A stretch of 64,000 bases of DNA from Phoronis australis (GCA_002633005.1 NMRA01000559.1:62001-126000); one strand, 5' to 3'. Counted from the first letter of the stretch, positions 26,717 through 40,650 are shown. Translations and numbers: made by a program. The notes: generated by a model from the sequence alone, not told the origin.

Positions 26717-29700
26717 CTAGAGAGCGAACGGCCCCATCTCCACTTGTTCATAGTGCTCTCGTAACAACTCCTCCAACTCCTGTCCATGTTCGCGGTCCCT
26801 CATCTCAGCCACCACCCTCACCTATAAGTATGTTATGGAATCGAATTTCTTAACAGATTTTAAATTCACAGTATTTAACAACTAAAAGCAAAGACATGTT
26901 ACCATAAATTTAAGAGCTTTTGATGGGTCACAAATCTGAGAACTGCAACTTAAATTTTTAGATAATAATTACAAAACAGCTTATGTACTTATTAAGAACA
27001 AAATATCTGTTTACATTTGGTGTTTTCATTGTCAAGAGGAATGCTACTGTTTGTATATGTAAGTTTTTGATAACTTGATCGCTGATTGCAGGAGTAAAGT
27101 GTTGTCTATTTAATCAATCAATCAATCAATGAAGGATCGCATTTGTCTATTATTTGAAGCAAGGTAAGCAGAAATTGAAAAAAACCATTTGCAATAATTT
27201 TTGTGCAAAATAAGAGAGAAGATATATCATTTAGTCTAACTGAAGATAAATTTGTTCGTGTTTTATTGAGTGTCTATAATAACCATTTTCTTCAATGACT
27301 GCAAAATTCCCTGAGGAACTGTACACTGTCAGTACACCCCCCTCCCCCGCCCCTCTGACTTTCTTAAATCCACCTCAGCTGTGATCCCTGGGAAATATGT
27401 TCATGCAGCTGACCGCACTATAAGTATACACCGGTACATATATTTCCAAACTTTCCCTGGTCCCTGTTCCGTAGACCAGAGACACTCGCGAAGCACACGC
27501 GGCTATAACTCTTTGCTAATGGAACTGAAACAGTGACTCAAAATTTAAAATACCAACTTTACCGACCAATCAGAGCATGGCCACCATTTTGATTAAGATA
27601 AGGGAATAAGTTCCCCAGTTTTCTCTCAAAAAAATTGGCCTAGTGTGATTTTGCTTTTTGACGAGTTTCTTGGGTCTACGGGATGCATCCTAGATAAACG
27701 CAAAGGAACATAATTCTTACACTTGGAATATATAGAACACAGTGAACAAGTTCTTCACATGTACACCATGACCACAATTTCAACACAACATAACTCAACA
27801 TGATATCACAAGTTGCAAGCATGCCTTAAACAGAGAGAAAGTTCTCGTCTTCTTCATTCTCACAGGTATCATATAACGAGCATTCGACATGCAGGTAAAT
27901 TTCTTTAAGATATCTGTAGAGGTCCTCGGCGTGTGCTCTATGATTGGTCTCAACCACGAGGCGAACCTATCACAAAATTTGCACGCAACTATAATACGCA
28001 GCATTAAATGCTTTTGACCAGTACACCGTCCAAAACATACAGTATCGACAATATCCAAAATGCCACGTTCGCTATGAGATTATCATGATCTACTACAGTA
28101 CAAGCAAAAAGAAAACAGAAAAAATGCCACTTCACCGTCATGATGGTCAATTCCACGCGCAGAATATTTTATTCTGGCTAAAAATGACTGAAACGACCAG
28201 TCAGAGTCATAATGCCCCTAATTTCTTCTTGCAAATTTTTGATGCCCCCACAGTGGCATCTTGACCTAATTCCAACATACATTTGAAAAGTGAACTTAAT
28301 AGCAAGATGAATAGACAACAACTTTATTATTGTCTTACATAACAGTTTATAGCATCGGTAATAAGTTTACTAGGGCCCGTTCCGAAAAACTGACTTAATT
28401 AAAATGTGTCAGTGAGACAATAGTTAAGACTGAAATTCAGGCTAAGTTAAGACCGAAGATGAAGTTTCAGAAAACACATGAACACAAAGTCAGGTTTTGA
28501 AGCAAGTGAGCCGCGCACAAACTCAGAATTACATTTGTTCGAAAACGGAAAGACTAGCTGTCCTCATGAGCTACTTATTGCGGATGTACATTTTGTAAGC
28601 AAAACCACCTTGAGTGACTAATTTAGGCTGCCTAATGAATGCACTAGTCATTTTGTCTGTTTCCTTAGGCCCTGCACTGCATCAATCTCCAACACCCATC
28701 TCAATGTCACATCCCCACTACCCACATTACATTGACTGCCATTTATCAAGTTTGAGTAGAGAAGTGGCAGGGTCTCTTTTTCACCACCTTGGTATAAATT
28801 TGGGTTATCAATTAGATCCATATAAGGTAAAACAATAGGATGGGAGATCGCTATTTTTGCTTAATATAAGTTTCAGCATGATAATTCTCTGCAGCGGATG
28901 AACACTGCCCCGATTTCAATAGGATGAGGTATAATTTGAGGAGAATTTTTCCAGATGAGGTATAAGAATATTTCTCTTTCATGAGCTTGGGTGTAATTCT
29001 AGCAGAAAGTATAAACATGGCTTGCATTTTTTCATTTTGTCCAGGCATAAGTATCGCCCCAGATTTGGATGCCCAGCCTTCCTTCATGAACTTGACAAAC
29101 AGAATTTATTTGCGTCAGCCCTTTAGGAAAATCGGTGGTACACTAAGCAAAGTAAATTTCTTGCAAGAGCAGTGACATCACAGAAGACGGTATAATTATC
29201 TTACTATTATAGCAAAATGGCCACCACAGACGAGAGTGGTCGGCAAGGCTAAAATATTGAATTAGAATATTCGTGATTTCCATTCCATAAGCAAAGATTT
29301 CTTGCAAGTGTCTCGCAAAATGCCTTGAATTATGGAATGCACCCCTATTTCCACCCAGGTTTCAAACAGATGTGTGGGCAAGTTCATGAAATTTGACCCT
29401 AGTGTTTTACCTGAACAGAAAAGATATCGCCTCGCAGCCAAGCTCTCTCATGATACATATCTTTGATGCTGAAACAAAGAAATATATTAATTGTATAATA
29501 TTTTGAATCAGACAACTACTTGTTGTCTAGTTTTAGGCCGCAACAAAAATTTGGTAGTTATTCAATTACCACTGACCATGCAAATGTTCCAGGTTACTCC
29601 ATGTGCACATCACTTTGGGCAAGGTTATCCAAAACCAAAAGGGTTAATAAAATAACTTCCTTATTAGCCAAGACCATAAAGCCTTTGTGAAGAAGTTATA

Positions 29701-32700
29701 CTTACTTAAACAGCTAGGGGACAGATAAACAGATAGTGATCTTGGTAATCCCCAGCAAAAAAAAACAGTCAAATTCAAAAGGCCAATTGTATGTGATGAC
29801 AGGCAATGGATTAACACCGGACTGAGAATTGAGAGACATTTTGCAAAAAAGTGAACCCCCTCAAGTTCAAAATACAAAGGTCCAGGTATGCATATTGCAG
29901 TCAATGTAACAGTAGAGCAACTGTGTGTCACTGATTCCAGTGGAAACATACCTATCATTAAAATATCGGTGATTAGCATACGAAAGATATTTCTGACAAG
30001 AACGACTGGATTTAGTCTATTAATATATTAACGTCATTCTTAAAGCCTTGTTTCTCTTCAGGACAAATAGTGGATTCTCACTCGGCTCAAATTATCAGTG
30101 TGGCAATGAAGTCTGCAATAGCTAAGTCACAAGCAATATATATAGCCCATCAAGATACAGCATTACAACTGCCTCGACTCAAATCAAAAAACAAGCATTA
30201 ATATACAACAATTTACATAAACAAGAAGGATTGGTTAAACGCACGACACTTTTTATTTTATCTTCACTTGAGAATGAAACAAGTATGTTTCAAAATATCG
30301 TGTCTTTTAATTATGTCACTAGGTCAGTTACTTTATCTATGTTCAGTTGAGAGTAGTTTTGTTCCGAAGGTATGAACGTAACGGAATAAAGACTGTGAAC
30401 AATGAAAAGTGTCGTGCGTTTAACCAATTCTATATAACCAAAAACTTGCTCCCTAAGTACAGCCAAACAAGAAGGACTAAAATTACCTGTGCCTGGCCTG
30501 TGAAACCCGCCATAGAAAATATTTTCAGTCTATGTCTGTTATCTCAGAAAAACTGAAAGGACTCGTAATGCTACTTGATGGCGACAGACCGTCTTGAGTT
30601 AAGCCAGCACGCCCACTCGGGTCAGTCAAAGTTCATGAGCAAACCGCAAGTCTGTTCGGTGGATGACATGCGACTTCATGTCCACATATATGAAGCTGAC
30701 GGCATTAAAATAAGAGAGGATTTGCATGTTCATTATCAGGACAATAGGCCAAATGGCATGAGTGGGTAATAACCCATTTAGATTGAGGATAAAAGCTTTT
30801 TGTCGAGTTTACAGTCGCTGAGTTTGCATCAGGACCATTTCGCACAACAGCTAATCAAAAATAAGCTAAAACAAACAACACAATGCATTAAGAAGCTACC
30901 AAGCGACCACCTGTCAATCTACACAGTACCTTACACCTTTCTTGGCAATCAGCTTAGTCAGTTCAGCGATGCCTCCCGGCCGGTCACTGACCTTCACCTT
31001 GAAGGTGCAAAGCCTTCCATCTGCCGCCAGGCCTCTTTCAATGCACCGGCCCAGCACTGTTGTGTCTATGTTACCACCACATAGAGGTAGAACCACTCTG
31101 TAACAGGAATGAATACAGTTAATGCTTCTTACACACAAAGCTATTAGTACTTTTTAGCATAGAGGGTACGGTAAAATCTCACCACTTTCGGACAAGGCAA
31201 AATTGCCCTTTTTCATTTTTGAGTTCTACTACATTGGTGTAAATGGTCACATTTTCACGGCACGGAACTTGAACTTGGAAAAGCATTAATTTTGTGAGGT
31301 CCATCTGGAAGATAAGCTTTTTTGCTTAAGATGGCGTATCTCTATACTTTTATCCTCAATAAATATTGTTCTCACATTAATTTAATGCAACACATTTTAC
31401 ACAGGGAAAATTGATGAAATCAAACTTCACTTGTCAGTCACATTGTGTCCTAAATTGGTGACTGTAATACTTAAAAAAAGCTTTTAAAATGTAGTCTTGC
31501 AAAAAATCAGCCATCCTCTTAGTACATATATACAGGCCTGCCTTTAGTTCATCCCAAAGATGGAATAAGTGAGGATAAGAAATGCCAGACTGAGTGTATT
31601 TATCGCATTCCTTCCTGAACTGCGAGTCCGTGTACATCGGTGAGACTGGAAGAGTTTTCAGTCAGACTTAACAAACACAAAAAGGAGCTACATTAGAGTA
31701 GGGTTACACGTTCAGAGAGAAGATGCTCTCAAAGTACTATTAACAAATCTGCAGTGACTGATCATGCTATTGGTTTTAATCATGTAATGAACTGGGATGA
31801 TGCTCGTCCTGTTGAGTCGGAAAATAAGATCACCCTTTCACCCTTTAAAAATTATCAATGTATATTATTGAAGAATAAAATTATGAAAAAAAAATATCTA
31901 AATGGATAAGAGAGTCTATCTGGGCAAAAAAGTGACACAGTCATGAACAGGGATGATCACCACACCAGACAGTGTCCACTAACTTCGCAAGATGGCTGTT
32001 GATAGGAGCCGAAACTGTCAAGGTATTACGCTTTCGTGGTTGTGAAAATATGAAACTCAATTTATTTCCACTATTATTACGTGCCTTTTTCCTTTCAACT
32101 CGGGAAGTAGTCCAGACAGGATACAGGCTAGGCCTGTTGCACCGGCGCCCTCTACCACCGCTTTCTCCATTTCAATCAGTCGGAGGATGGCCAGGGCTAT
32201 GTAGTCCTCGCTGCAAATAGAGAGAAAGCGCACATCAATAACTAGAACACGTGTAACATGATGTAATTATCAACCAGCATCGAATGTTCTTTTGCATTCC
32301 ATGGGAGTGAAGGTAAAAGGCTAAATTTGGCAAACTTCAGAGCATCATTTCCTCAAAAATGGCTGATTGGATTCCTAAACTCTCAGATACTATGCTTTAT
32401 GCATTGCTTTCCAAAACGATGTCACGAATTGTTTTTAAACCGTTCCACTTTTTCATGAGGGGCTTTTTTATTCCCATGGAAGACACAAAGGTTGCATGAA
32501 ACAAAAACGAAATGGTGATTTAGGAAAGAGAGATAGTGCATTTTGAGGTTTCACCTTCAACATTTATATGAAACAAATGAGTTGGTCATGTTTTTGATAC
32601 CATTGTTTTGTAATCAAAGAACTTTTCTTTTATTCTGAATTTTATGTTTAAAATACATAGTTGCACACAACCAAATTTATGGCAGATTGGTAAAAGTCAA

Positions 32701-35700
32701 AATTAAAATTCTAAAGCCTTTCTACTTTCAGAAAATATAATACTTTTGTCAAGTTAAACTCTATAGTTTTGTAGATATTTAACTAAGTATAAACTTGCCT
32801 TGTGGATAATGGCCTACATAGTCTTAATGACACAAGGTATTTTCTATCTGACAGTAAAAATAAAGAAGTGTTTCATCTTTATACAACTGTCTATTACCTT
32901 AACTTGCTTCAAAATTACAAAAGTCAACCGTTACCTGACCACAACCATTTTGTCAATCAGCGGGGAGGCAGTTTTGTATGCATTCACACCAACAAGTGGC
33001 ACAGCTAGACCTTAAACAAACAAAGCTCAATTTAGCAATTGAAAAAACTCTGCTGCCAAGCATTTTAGCTACCTCAGTCCCAATTCCACAGTCTAACTTT
33101 GAAAAAGAAACCAAGAAGACTCATCTCCACACAGACCTTGCATGAAACATTGTATTTTTGAAAATTACTGTCACTCAAGTATAACAGTCAGACTTCCTTG
33201 CAAATATAACTGACAAAGACATATCAACAATAGTCAAGACAAGTTTGGCAGCAGTCCCTTGCATACACAGAATTTGTTAAAACATAACACAGCAGTCTGT
33301 TTACTCCTACTTTAATGGGCACTAGCTAAAACTTCAGACATGTTTGTTGGCTCTCCAAAGAACATTACAATCGTGCATAATATTGCTATGTCTTTAAATG
33401 ATATATGGCCAGTCTCGAAATATAACCGTCTTTTTATCCACCGTTTTAGTGTCTTTAGGTGATCTCTACTCTATCCCATCCCTTTGAAGGATGACGAGCA
33501 AATACATCGAGAGTAATAGCAAGTCGCAAGTTTTACAAAAAATTCTATTACCTAAACAGCTGTTCAGTCAATATTACTTAAAATGGAATTAAAATATTCC
33601 TGCAGAAACTCAACACTCGCTCTGCTCTTTCTATACCTCTGTCTCAGATAAGGGCCAAACAGAGAACACCTACCGTCAGCGAGTGTGCCCGTTGCTGGAG
33701 CATAGGTGGGATGGCCTGCATTTAATGAGGCCGTGAAACTGGGACATCTTTCAGACTCAACACCCTGTAGAAGAAAACGTGCATAGTCCGTTCACATGGC
33801 GGAAGACTTGGGAAAAATGTAATCCAGCAACATATACATGAGTAGTGCTTAGCTTATTCACCATGACTGCAACGCATGCATGTAAGTTGAACTTTCAGGA
33901 TTCAGACTGCTTGAAATCACATCAAATCATTACAAATGGTAATCATCCTAATGGCTTGGTCGAAGAAAAAAATCAATACCAAGAAGTATATTAAGCAAAA
34001 CTGCAATGCTCAAAATCCACCAGGATGCACTGTAGTGAAACATCAGTTAGGCCGATGGGTTCTTTTGTGGTGCGCATGGGTAAACATGTGCCGCTAAAGT
34101 GGGAAGGGTTTTTGCCAATTTTGACACCAGAATTAATGTGATTTCCATCAACTTAGGTGGATGTGAATATAGTTCTTAATGATTCGATAATGGTTGTTCA
34201 CCAATTCATTAGGATAGTGTTTTGTCATGTCTGGTATTGCTAGAGGTCAATTTTTAACAACGAAAGTATCGCTAAAATTGTCACCTTGTTTTCTTTAAAA
34301 TAAGGATTTATCACTGCAACACCATAACGTAGATTTGCCCTGAGGACTTGACTGGGACCTCAGGGGTCTCACGCTCCACTAGTTTATGTACACTAATTTG
34401 AAAAAGCTTTGCCCAGTCACACAAGTTGTATCATAAAGGAGATAATGATACCTGCAGCTAATGCGGCAAGTACAACTACTCTCGTTTATCACACTGGTGT
34501 AGGCTCACAGAAGAATTGTGATTTTCTGTTGAGCCCAGACCCTCCGGAGTTGCACCATATACCAACTCCGGACGGTCTCTCACGATGATTTAGCGTTATG
34601 AGTAACTTGTGCGCTACAAATTTCTGTTTGAAAACAGGCAAGTGCCACAGGCGCGAATTTAAATAGCCATACAGACAATTCTTACAACAGCTCAACCATT
34701 CTGATTCTTGGAATTATAACTAACTGCAGCTTAAGCAATTAACAACATCTCACAGATTCTAGTGCTGTATAAAAAGACTTACTATAATTTTTACTTCGGG
34801 ATAGAGGCTTTTGATAGCGAGCGCCGTTCCAGCAATCAGGCCACCTCCCCCTACTGGTATGACCACAGCATCGATGTCTTTGACCTGCTCAACAATCTCC
34901 AATCCCATCGTGCCCTGGCCGGCGATGATGTGTGGATGGTCGTACCCATTTATATAGTTCATACCTTTCTCCTTTGCAATCCTCAGAGCGTGCACGCGTG
35001 ACTCGCCGATGTCGGTGCCCTTGACTATCACCTTAGCGCCATACGTCTTGCATGACTCCACCTTCATCAGAGGGGCAACTATCGGCATGACAACGGTGAC
35101 TGGTATGTTGAGGTCGTTTCCGTGGTAGGCCAGTGCCAGAGCGTGATTGCCAGCACTGGCCGCTATCACGCCATCTTTCTTCTGCTGTGGAGACAACATC
35201 ATCAACGTGTAGCGGGCACCGCGCTCTTTAAAACTGAAAAAAAAACAGAATAAAAATAATTTCACACACTGTGCAGATGAAAGCTTTACAAGACGTGCTC
35301 GCCCCATTCAAAATTTCACAGCATTCTTGGGGGGTATTAAGAGCACTCAGATAAGAGGTGGGGTACACAAGCCAAGTTGCCCCATTGTGTTGCTCAGGCA
35401 GGTTATGCACAATGGAGGCTGATGCACATCAACAAAGAAGCAGCAGTGGCAACCCGCGTTATTTTTCTCGACTTCTTCTATTGTTAGTAGTTAACTGATT
35501 TTTACAGTTTAAAAATGTTCAAGTTCAATTTTCAACGACGTTCTTATAGTCTGCAGGTCGAAAATGATTGGGAAAGAATGCTGCTACCCATCTCTTGTTC
35601 CCTTAACCCCACATAAAAAAGCCAGTCATCAAAGTCCAGCATTAGGAGGCAGTGTGGCCTAGTGGAATAAGTGTTCGCTTCCTTGACTGAAGGTCGTGAA

Positions 35701-38700
35701 TTTGAGTCCCACTGCGGCACACTGCTAGACCCTTGAGTCAGGTCTCTAACACTTCAGCTAATAAAAATGGTTCCAGGTGATCAGTGCAATGGGCCAACCT
35801 GAACGGCCTGCGCAGGTCTGGTATAATATGTACCACCAGACCACCAATCTATTTATTAAAGTCTAGCACTGCAATGTATTTATTATAATCCCGACTAGTA
35901 AGAAGGACTTGCTGGCTGAGTCCATGCAAGTACCGCAAGCTTTAAAACTCTCTTACCTTCCAGTCAGTTGTAAGAATTCCTTCTTGAAAAAGATGTCCAT
36001 CTCACACATTCTTGACAAACCCAAGGAGCGCTGACAAGGCAAAATGGTGAAAATCAGTTTCGCATTTTGACACCCGTCAAGTTGGGCAAAGCACCTCAAA
36101 ACTCTAATAGCTTTTTTGCTGGACCTCAACATCAAAACACTAACTTTTCAAATAGACGGCTATACTTGTTACTATGAAATTGGTCTCAACTAGAATGTAC
36201 TCAGATTTAGAGATGGTTTCCAAGCATGGGAATTCATGGGCCAAACTGCTTGGCCATGGTGATCATATGTCACATGAAAGAGTCTATGCCTCGTTAAATA
36301 TGTGCATAAATTTGTGTTTAATTTTTCTTCCATAAAGTACTTGAAGTGTTCAAGCATTCCGAGTTCAGTCAGTAAAACAAAGCTAATAATTTAATACGCT
36401 ATCAAGTGCAGCAAACCTACAAATGGTGCGAATCGGTTTTAAATATTTTGTATGTATCCCAAGGTGTAATCTCAGCGCTTCGCCGTCACGATTGCTTTTG
36501 TATTATTATTATTATATGCATATCATGTTAATCCCAAACTAAAAGAGATTCTTTGGAGAATATGACAGTAGTGACTTTTGTCAATAATACAAATGATAGA
36601 CAAGTATTAACTTTCATCAAGACCAATGTGTAGTTTTGAAGACCCCAAAAATTTGGTAACAACCAAGTCGAATAGTTTATAAATAAACAATTGGTATTGA
36701 TGGCTCAAAGACAAGATTAAAGAGTGAAGTCGTTTTCTTCCCAAATTAATTTTACTACCGTTACAGCAACACAGTGAGGAGGCAGTGTGGCCTGGTTGAT
36801 AAGTGCCCGCTTTCTTTACTCGAGGTCGTGGGTTCAAGTCCCACCAGGTCACACTGCTAAACCCTTGAGCCAGGTTTCTAGCTCCTCAGCTCGGTTTTAA
36901 CCATATATTAATAAAGCATGAAAATATTTCCAGGTGATCAGTGCAATGGGCCCACATGCGAGGCCTGCGCATGTCTGTCACAACATGTATCAGACCGCCT
37001 GCAATTATTTTATATATATTTTAACACAGTGATTCCTAATTTAAAGTAAGTATTTCAACAATGATTATTTCAAAACGTTTTAATGAAATTCAACGATAGC
37101 TGGTAATTCTTGTACAAAATTTCATCAACCGTGTGTATTTATGTGATGGGCACATGAACATGTGTGTTATTTCCTATTCAATTGAAAAAAGGCAGCACAA
37201 TGCTGGTGGGGGGGCCTGTTAAAATGTTCCAGCTGAAATGCTAAATGCTTTCACACGACAAATTTAAAATGTTCTTAGCAAAACTTGCTTCTTATGGCAC
37301 TCTTTAAAACTCAAAAAAGTTTTGAAAAACTTTAAGCTTTAGCGTTTCAAGTTTCTTTCACATGCGCTTTGTCGTTGTAATTTTGTGTATTCAGCAAGAG
37401 AGAGACTGATGCTAGAACTGGTTATCACTGAGACAACGTTCGTGACAGGATGACTAATCGCCAAATTACATGACTCTTACAGGTTACTTACCATTACCCA
37501 TATTCTAACGAAGTTGGTAATATAAACATTCATTCTAACTTCTTTAACCTTTTGCAGTCTGAGTAGCGAAGAGCTTTTCAGATAAATTCACAACAAAATT
37601 GTATCAGCAATACTTAATAGTGTGAATTTTTAGAAATAAAATCGAAAGCCTCATCTCTGCGCTGTTTGTCTAATAATTAATTTTATTGAGACATGCAAAC
37701 ATCATGTGTTTATGAGATAATATGCTTTTAAATCAAAGTAAGCTAGTGCAGTAAGAGAAGACATCTTTGCAACATTCAGTAATGACAAAAAGGAATAAAC
37801 AGTCCCACAAGCAAGGCTCCACTTTTCAAAACACATACCGTGCATGGCGTATGCTGAACCCCACTTTTGATCTTGTAAGCGGCCGCGCTGACCTCTTGAA
37901 ATTTTATCTCCACCGGGTTATCAGGGTCACAGAGACCATCCAACAGGTCTTCATCTATGCTTTTCCTAGGTACCACTTCCCTACTAGAGTCACCCATGTC
38001 TGAATGTCTGCTGTTGAGACTACCTGCAATGCAATATATCATAACGTAATAATTGTAGTAAAAATCGAGGAGGATGGGGCATTAGTACACTGACAAAAAG
38101 TACGCAGCAGAGAAAATGACTATCAACAAAAGGAATGGTTTGAAAATTACTGACAGCAATCAAACGTTAAGGGCCAGGAAGTCACGTGACAAACAAATGA
38201 CAAAATGAATATAGCAATAACAAACTGTGGAGCAGCGGTCAGCTACATTCAAATCTATGACGGACTGTCTACAGATAACTTTTCATTCAAATATTAGCAT
38301 GTTTGATGAGAACCACCCGCATGCGACTGTTTTGATCCTCATTAGTGCCAAAACAGCGAACTAGTGTACACCATAAAAGGAGTCAAAACACTTGATGATA
38401 GACAGCCTCGTCTACCTGGATAAATTGCAACAAAACTGATCTTTTTCCTCCAACAATTTTTAAAATAAACCACAGAATTCAGCAGACATAAACCTCTTGG
38501 ATGACCAAGCCAGTCTTTGTAAACTGACCAAGGTATACAGGACTGCAAACACTGAAGGGGTATGGCATAAAAGTACCTGTGATTACATAACAGGCAATAT
38601 TTACTCATGATGTTGTGCTTACACAAGACCACTGGGTGTGTATAATGAATTCACACACAAACTGTTATGTCACCTCACCTGGTAAATCCATATGGCAATG

Positions 38701-39745
38701 TGCCAAATTCAATGAGAACACATAGGAAAATTCTGGCATCTTATTAGATATATTCAAAATACACAATTTCGTTACGCAGGGACATGGGCTTCCAAGCAGC
38801 ATAAAAACAAATAAATCGGTAACTTTTTGCTGATCAAGAGTGACTATTGCTTTTAACAGAGATGTCGCAGACCAAGTAGGCTACCCGACCAAGTGAACTT
38901 GGTCGGCTTACACGGTCGGACCTCGCAGACCAAGTAGATACCTCCGACCAAGTNCATTGATTGTTCACCCGGTATAGTGTCATGGTCCAAAATAAGAATT
39001 GTTTATTTTCAATATTGTTTGAATGTTTTTAGGAACACCATTTTCCTTTCGATGCAAATAATAAAGTGCTTCAAAAGGCGTTTTCTAAATTGTATGGATA
39101 TAAAAGAACCACCAATATTTTAAACACATTCAAGTCTTAATTCCTTAGCAACATGTTCATTAAATGTACTTTTTGTTGTATGACAGCGAAATACAGACTC
39201 ACGTTTCACTTAAAGATTTTGGAATCCCTATTGATCAGTCATGACAAAAATGTGTGTACCACACGCTGGCTCTCCTGCGATACATTCACACTCTCTGCTT
39301 GCGTGCCCCTGAACCTGCTGCTTCAGTGTATTTCTCTTCGTACTATATGTTTTAATTTGTCTCTTCACAGGCACCTTCATCAGCCCTCAGCTATACAATT
39401 TAGTGTATATTTGAGGGCTGATAAAGCTGATAAAGGTACCTATAACCTGTGGTCTCTCGGTGTTTTGCTACATTAGCAAGTCTGAAGAAAGGAGACACTG
39501 GGAGTCAGTCTGTATTAAGCTTTCAAACAAAAAGGTTCAGTCGTGCTTTCAACGAAGTTTAAGTTAATAAAGGGCTGCTACCGAACTACGTAGGCCTACA
39601 ATGTGAACAAACAGTTCAACTGAGTGACAGGTTACTTACTATCGCTGTCGCAACTTCCTTCGAGTTGTTTATCAGGGTCGACAGCGCGATGCAGTCCGTC
39701 TCCGACGCCGTTTTCCTGGAGGCGTTTAGTAACCAACGTGGTCAT
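26717..39745 (-). CDS. PLP-dependent L-threonine/L-serine ammonia-lyase (TdcB/IlvA/serine racemase superfamily) with C-terminal ACT domain, 479 aa; complement(join(39745-39640,38023-37839,36030-35957,35233-34783,33764-33674,33010-32935,32210-32085,31097-30930,29468-29411,26821-26717))
   Basis: Ten exons (106+185+74+451+91+76+126+168+58+105 = 1440 nt) with consistent phases. Fold-type II PLP motifs: KKEFLQLTGSFKERGA (PLP lysine), ASAGNH, GQGTMGLE, PVGGGGL, ADGLAV, VVEGAGA, LCGGNID. ACT-like region VSDRPGGIAELTKLIA...SIKDMYHERAW...EMRDREH. TAG at 26719-26717. Intron 7 requires a GC donor. Confidence 0.92.
31574..31957 (+). mobile_element. Degenerate Penelope-like retroelement GIY-YIG endonuclease fragment
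   Basis: Frameshifted translation CIYRIP-NCESVYIGETGR...KSAVTDHAIGFNHVMNWDDAR...KWIRESIW...MNRD matches the PLE GIY-YIG pattern (VYxIPC...YIGETGR...SAVxDH...HxIxW...WIREAI...MNRD). Confidence 0.8.
35645..35857 (+). mobile_element. tRNA-derived SINE, copy 1
   Basis: A box TGGCCTAGTGG and degenerate B box ATTTGAGTCC. Body CACACTGCTAGACCCTTGAG...CCAGGTGATCAGTGCAATGGGCC shared with 36778-37011. Confidence 0.75.
36778..37011 (+). mobile_element. tRNA-derived SINE, copy 2
   Basis: GGAGGCAGTGTGGCCTGGTTG head, B box GGTTCAAGTCC (36831-36841), same body as copy 1, ends CAGACCGCCTGCAATTATTTT. Confidence 0.78.
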
Positions 39746-40551
39746 ATTTCCACAAAATCAATTGATATAGTATATCAAAGCAAATGAGGTTAATTCAGTG
39801 AGAAAATCCCGTCGTTCCCTAACTAAACTATGTCGATAAATACGTGAAACTGTTAACACACCACTCTCTCCCCGTCTTGTTGATCCAGTTTCAACTAGCC
39901 GAATGACCCAGTTGCATCATATTTGACCAATGAAATATCAGCATTTGCTCACACCCATGATCTGTTCACACGTAAACAAATTTTGAGTTCATTGAACCGT
40001 AGATACTCCATATTTCAACAGGACCTCACTGAAATTAACTGAAGTAAACAGGGAATCCAGTTGGAACCAACTTTAAACGTTGAACTCTTCGAGAAAGAAA
40101 ATTTGTCTATTAGTTATTGAACAGCCAGAGCTTTTTGAACTCAAACCAAGCATAGTTTACATGAAATACCATCTGAATAAACAACAATGGTCAATTACAC
40201 GAAATTTTCAAAATATCTATTCATATTAACCAAGACGTTGTTCACTTACTTAACTCTCTAGTTGACGCATTAGCTGAGGATTTTCGTTCCATTTTCAATT
40301 TCAAATTGGAGAGGTCGGTTTACGAGTGAGTTTTGCTTGCAAAACATGACCCCTGACCTCTCGTGCAAACGAGACACAAGGTCACGTGAAGTTACGAGGG
40401 TTATGGCTGCTGCGAGAAGTTGTAAGAAGTGTTTAGCAAAAGTTTGATTTTGTTGAAAAAATACTTTGCTGTTCCTACATCGCCATCCATGTTTCCAGTA
40501 TGGAGTAACTCGTAAAAATTGTGTCCGTTGGACTGCCGTTCAAGTTATACA
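39746..40551. promoter_or_regulatory. Putative divergent promoter region between the dehydratase and RhoGAP genes
   Basis: ~800 bp between opposing ATGs (39745 minus, 40552 plus). CCAAT near 39926, GTAAACA near 39972, DR1 TGACCCCTGACCT at 40347-40359, E-box CACGTG at 40383-40388. Confidence 0.45.
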
Positions 40552-40650
40552 ATGGCTTCCGTTGGACGTAAAGTTGCAGCCAACTTTGCCAAGGGTAAAA
40601 ATTCCTTGAAAAAACGCTTCTCTGGAATGTCGGGAGATGGTACCCTGCCG
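40552..40650 (+). CDS. Probable first coding exon of the ARHGAP29/45-like gene (MASVGRKVAANFAKGKNSLKKRFSGMSGDGTLP)
   Basis: ACAATGG start context, 99 nt, donor CCG|GTAGGT in phase 0, compatible with the phase-0 acceptor at 55448. Linkage to that exon is inferred. Confidence 0.55.

Noticed and set aside
35645-36852. tRNA genes
   Set aside because: A/B boxes are present, but there is no clean cloverleaf and a shared non-tRNA body follows, so these are SINE heads.
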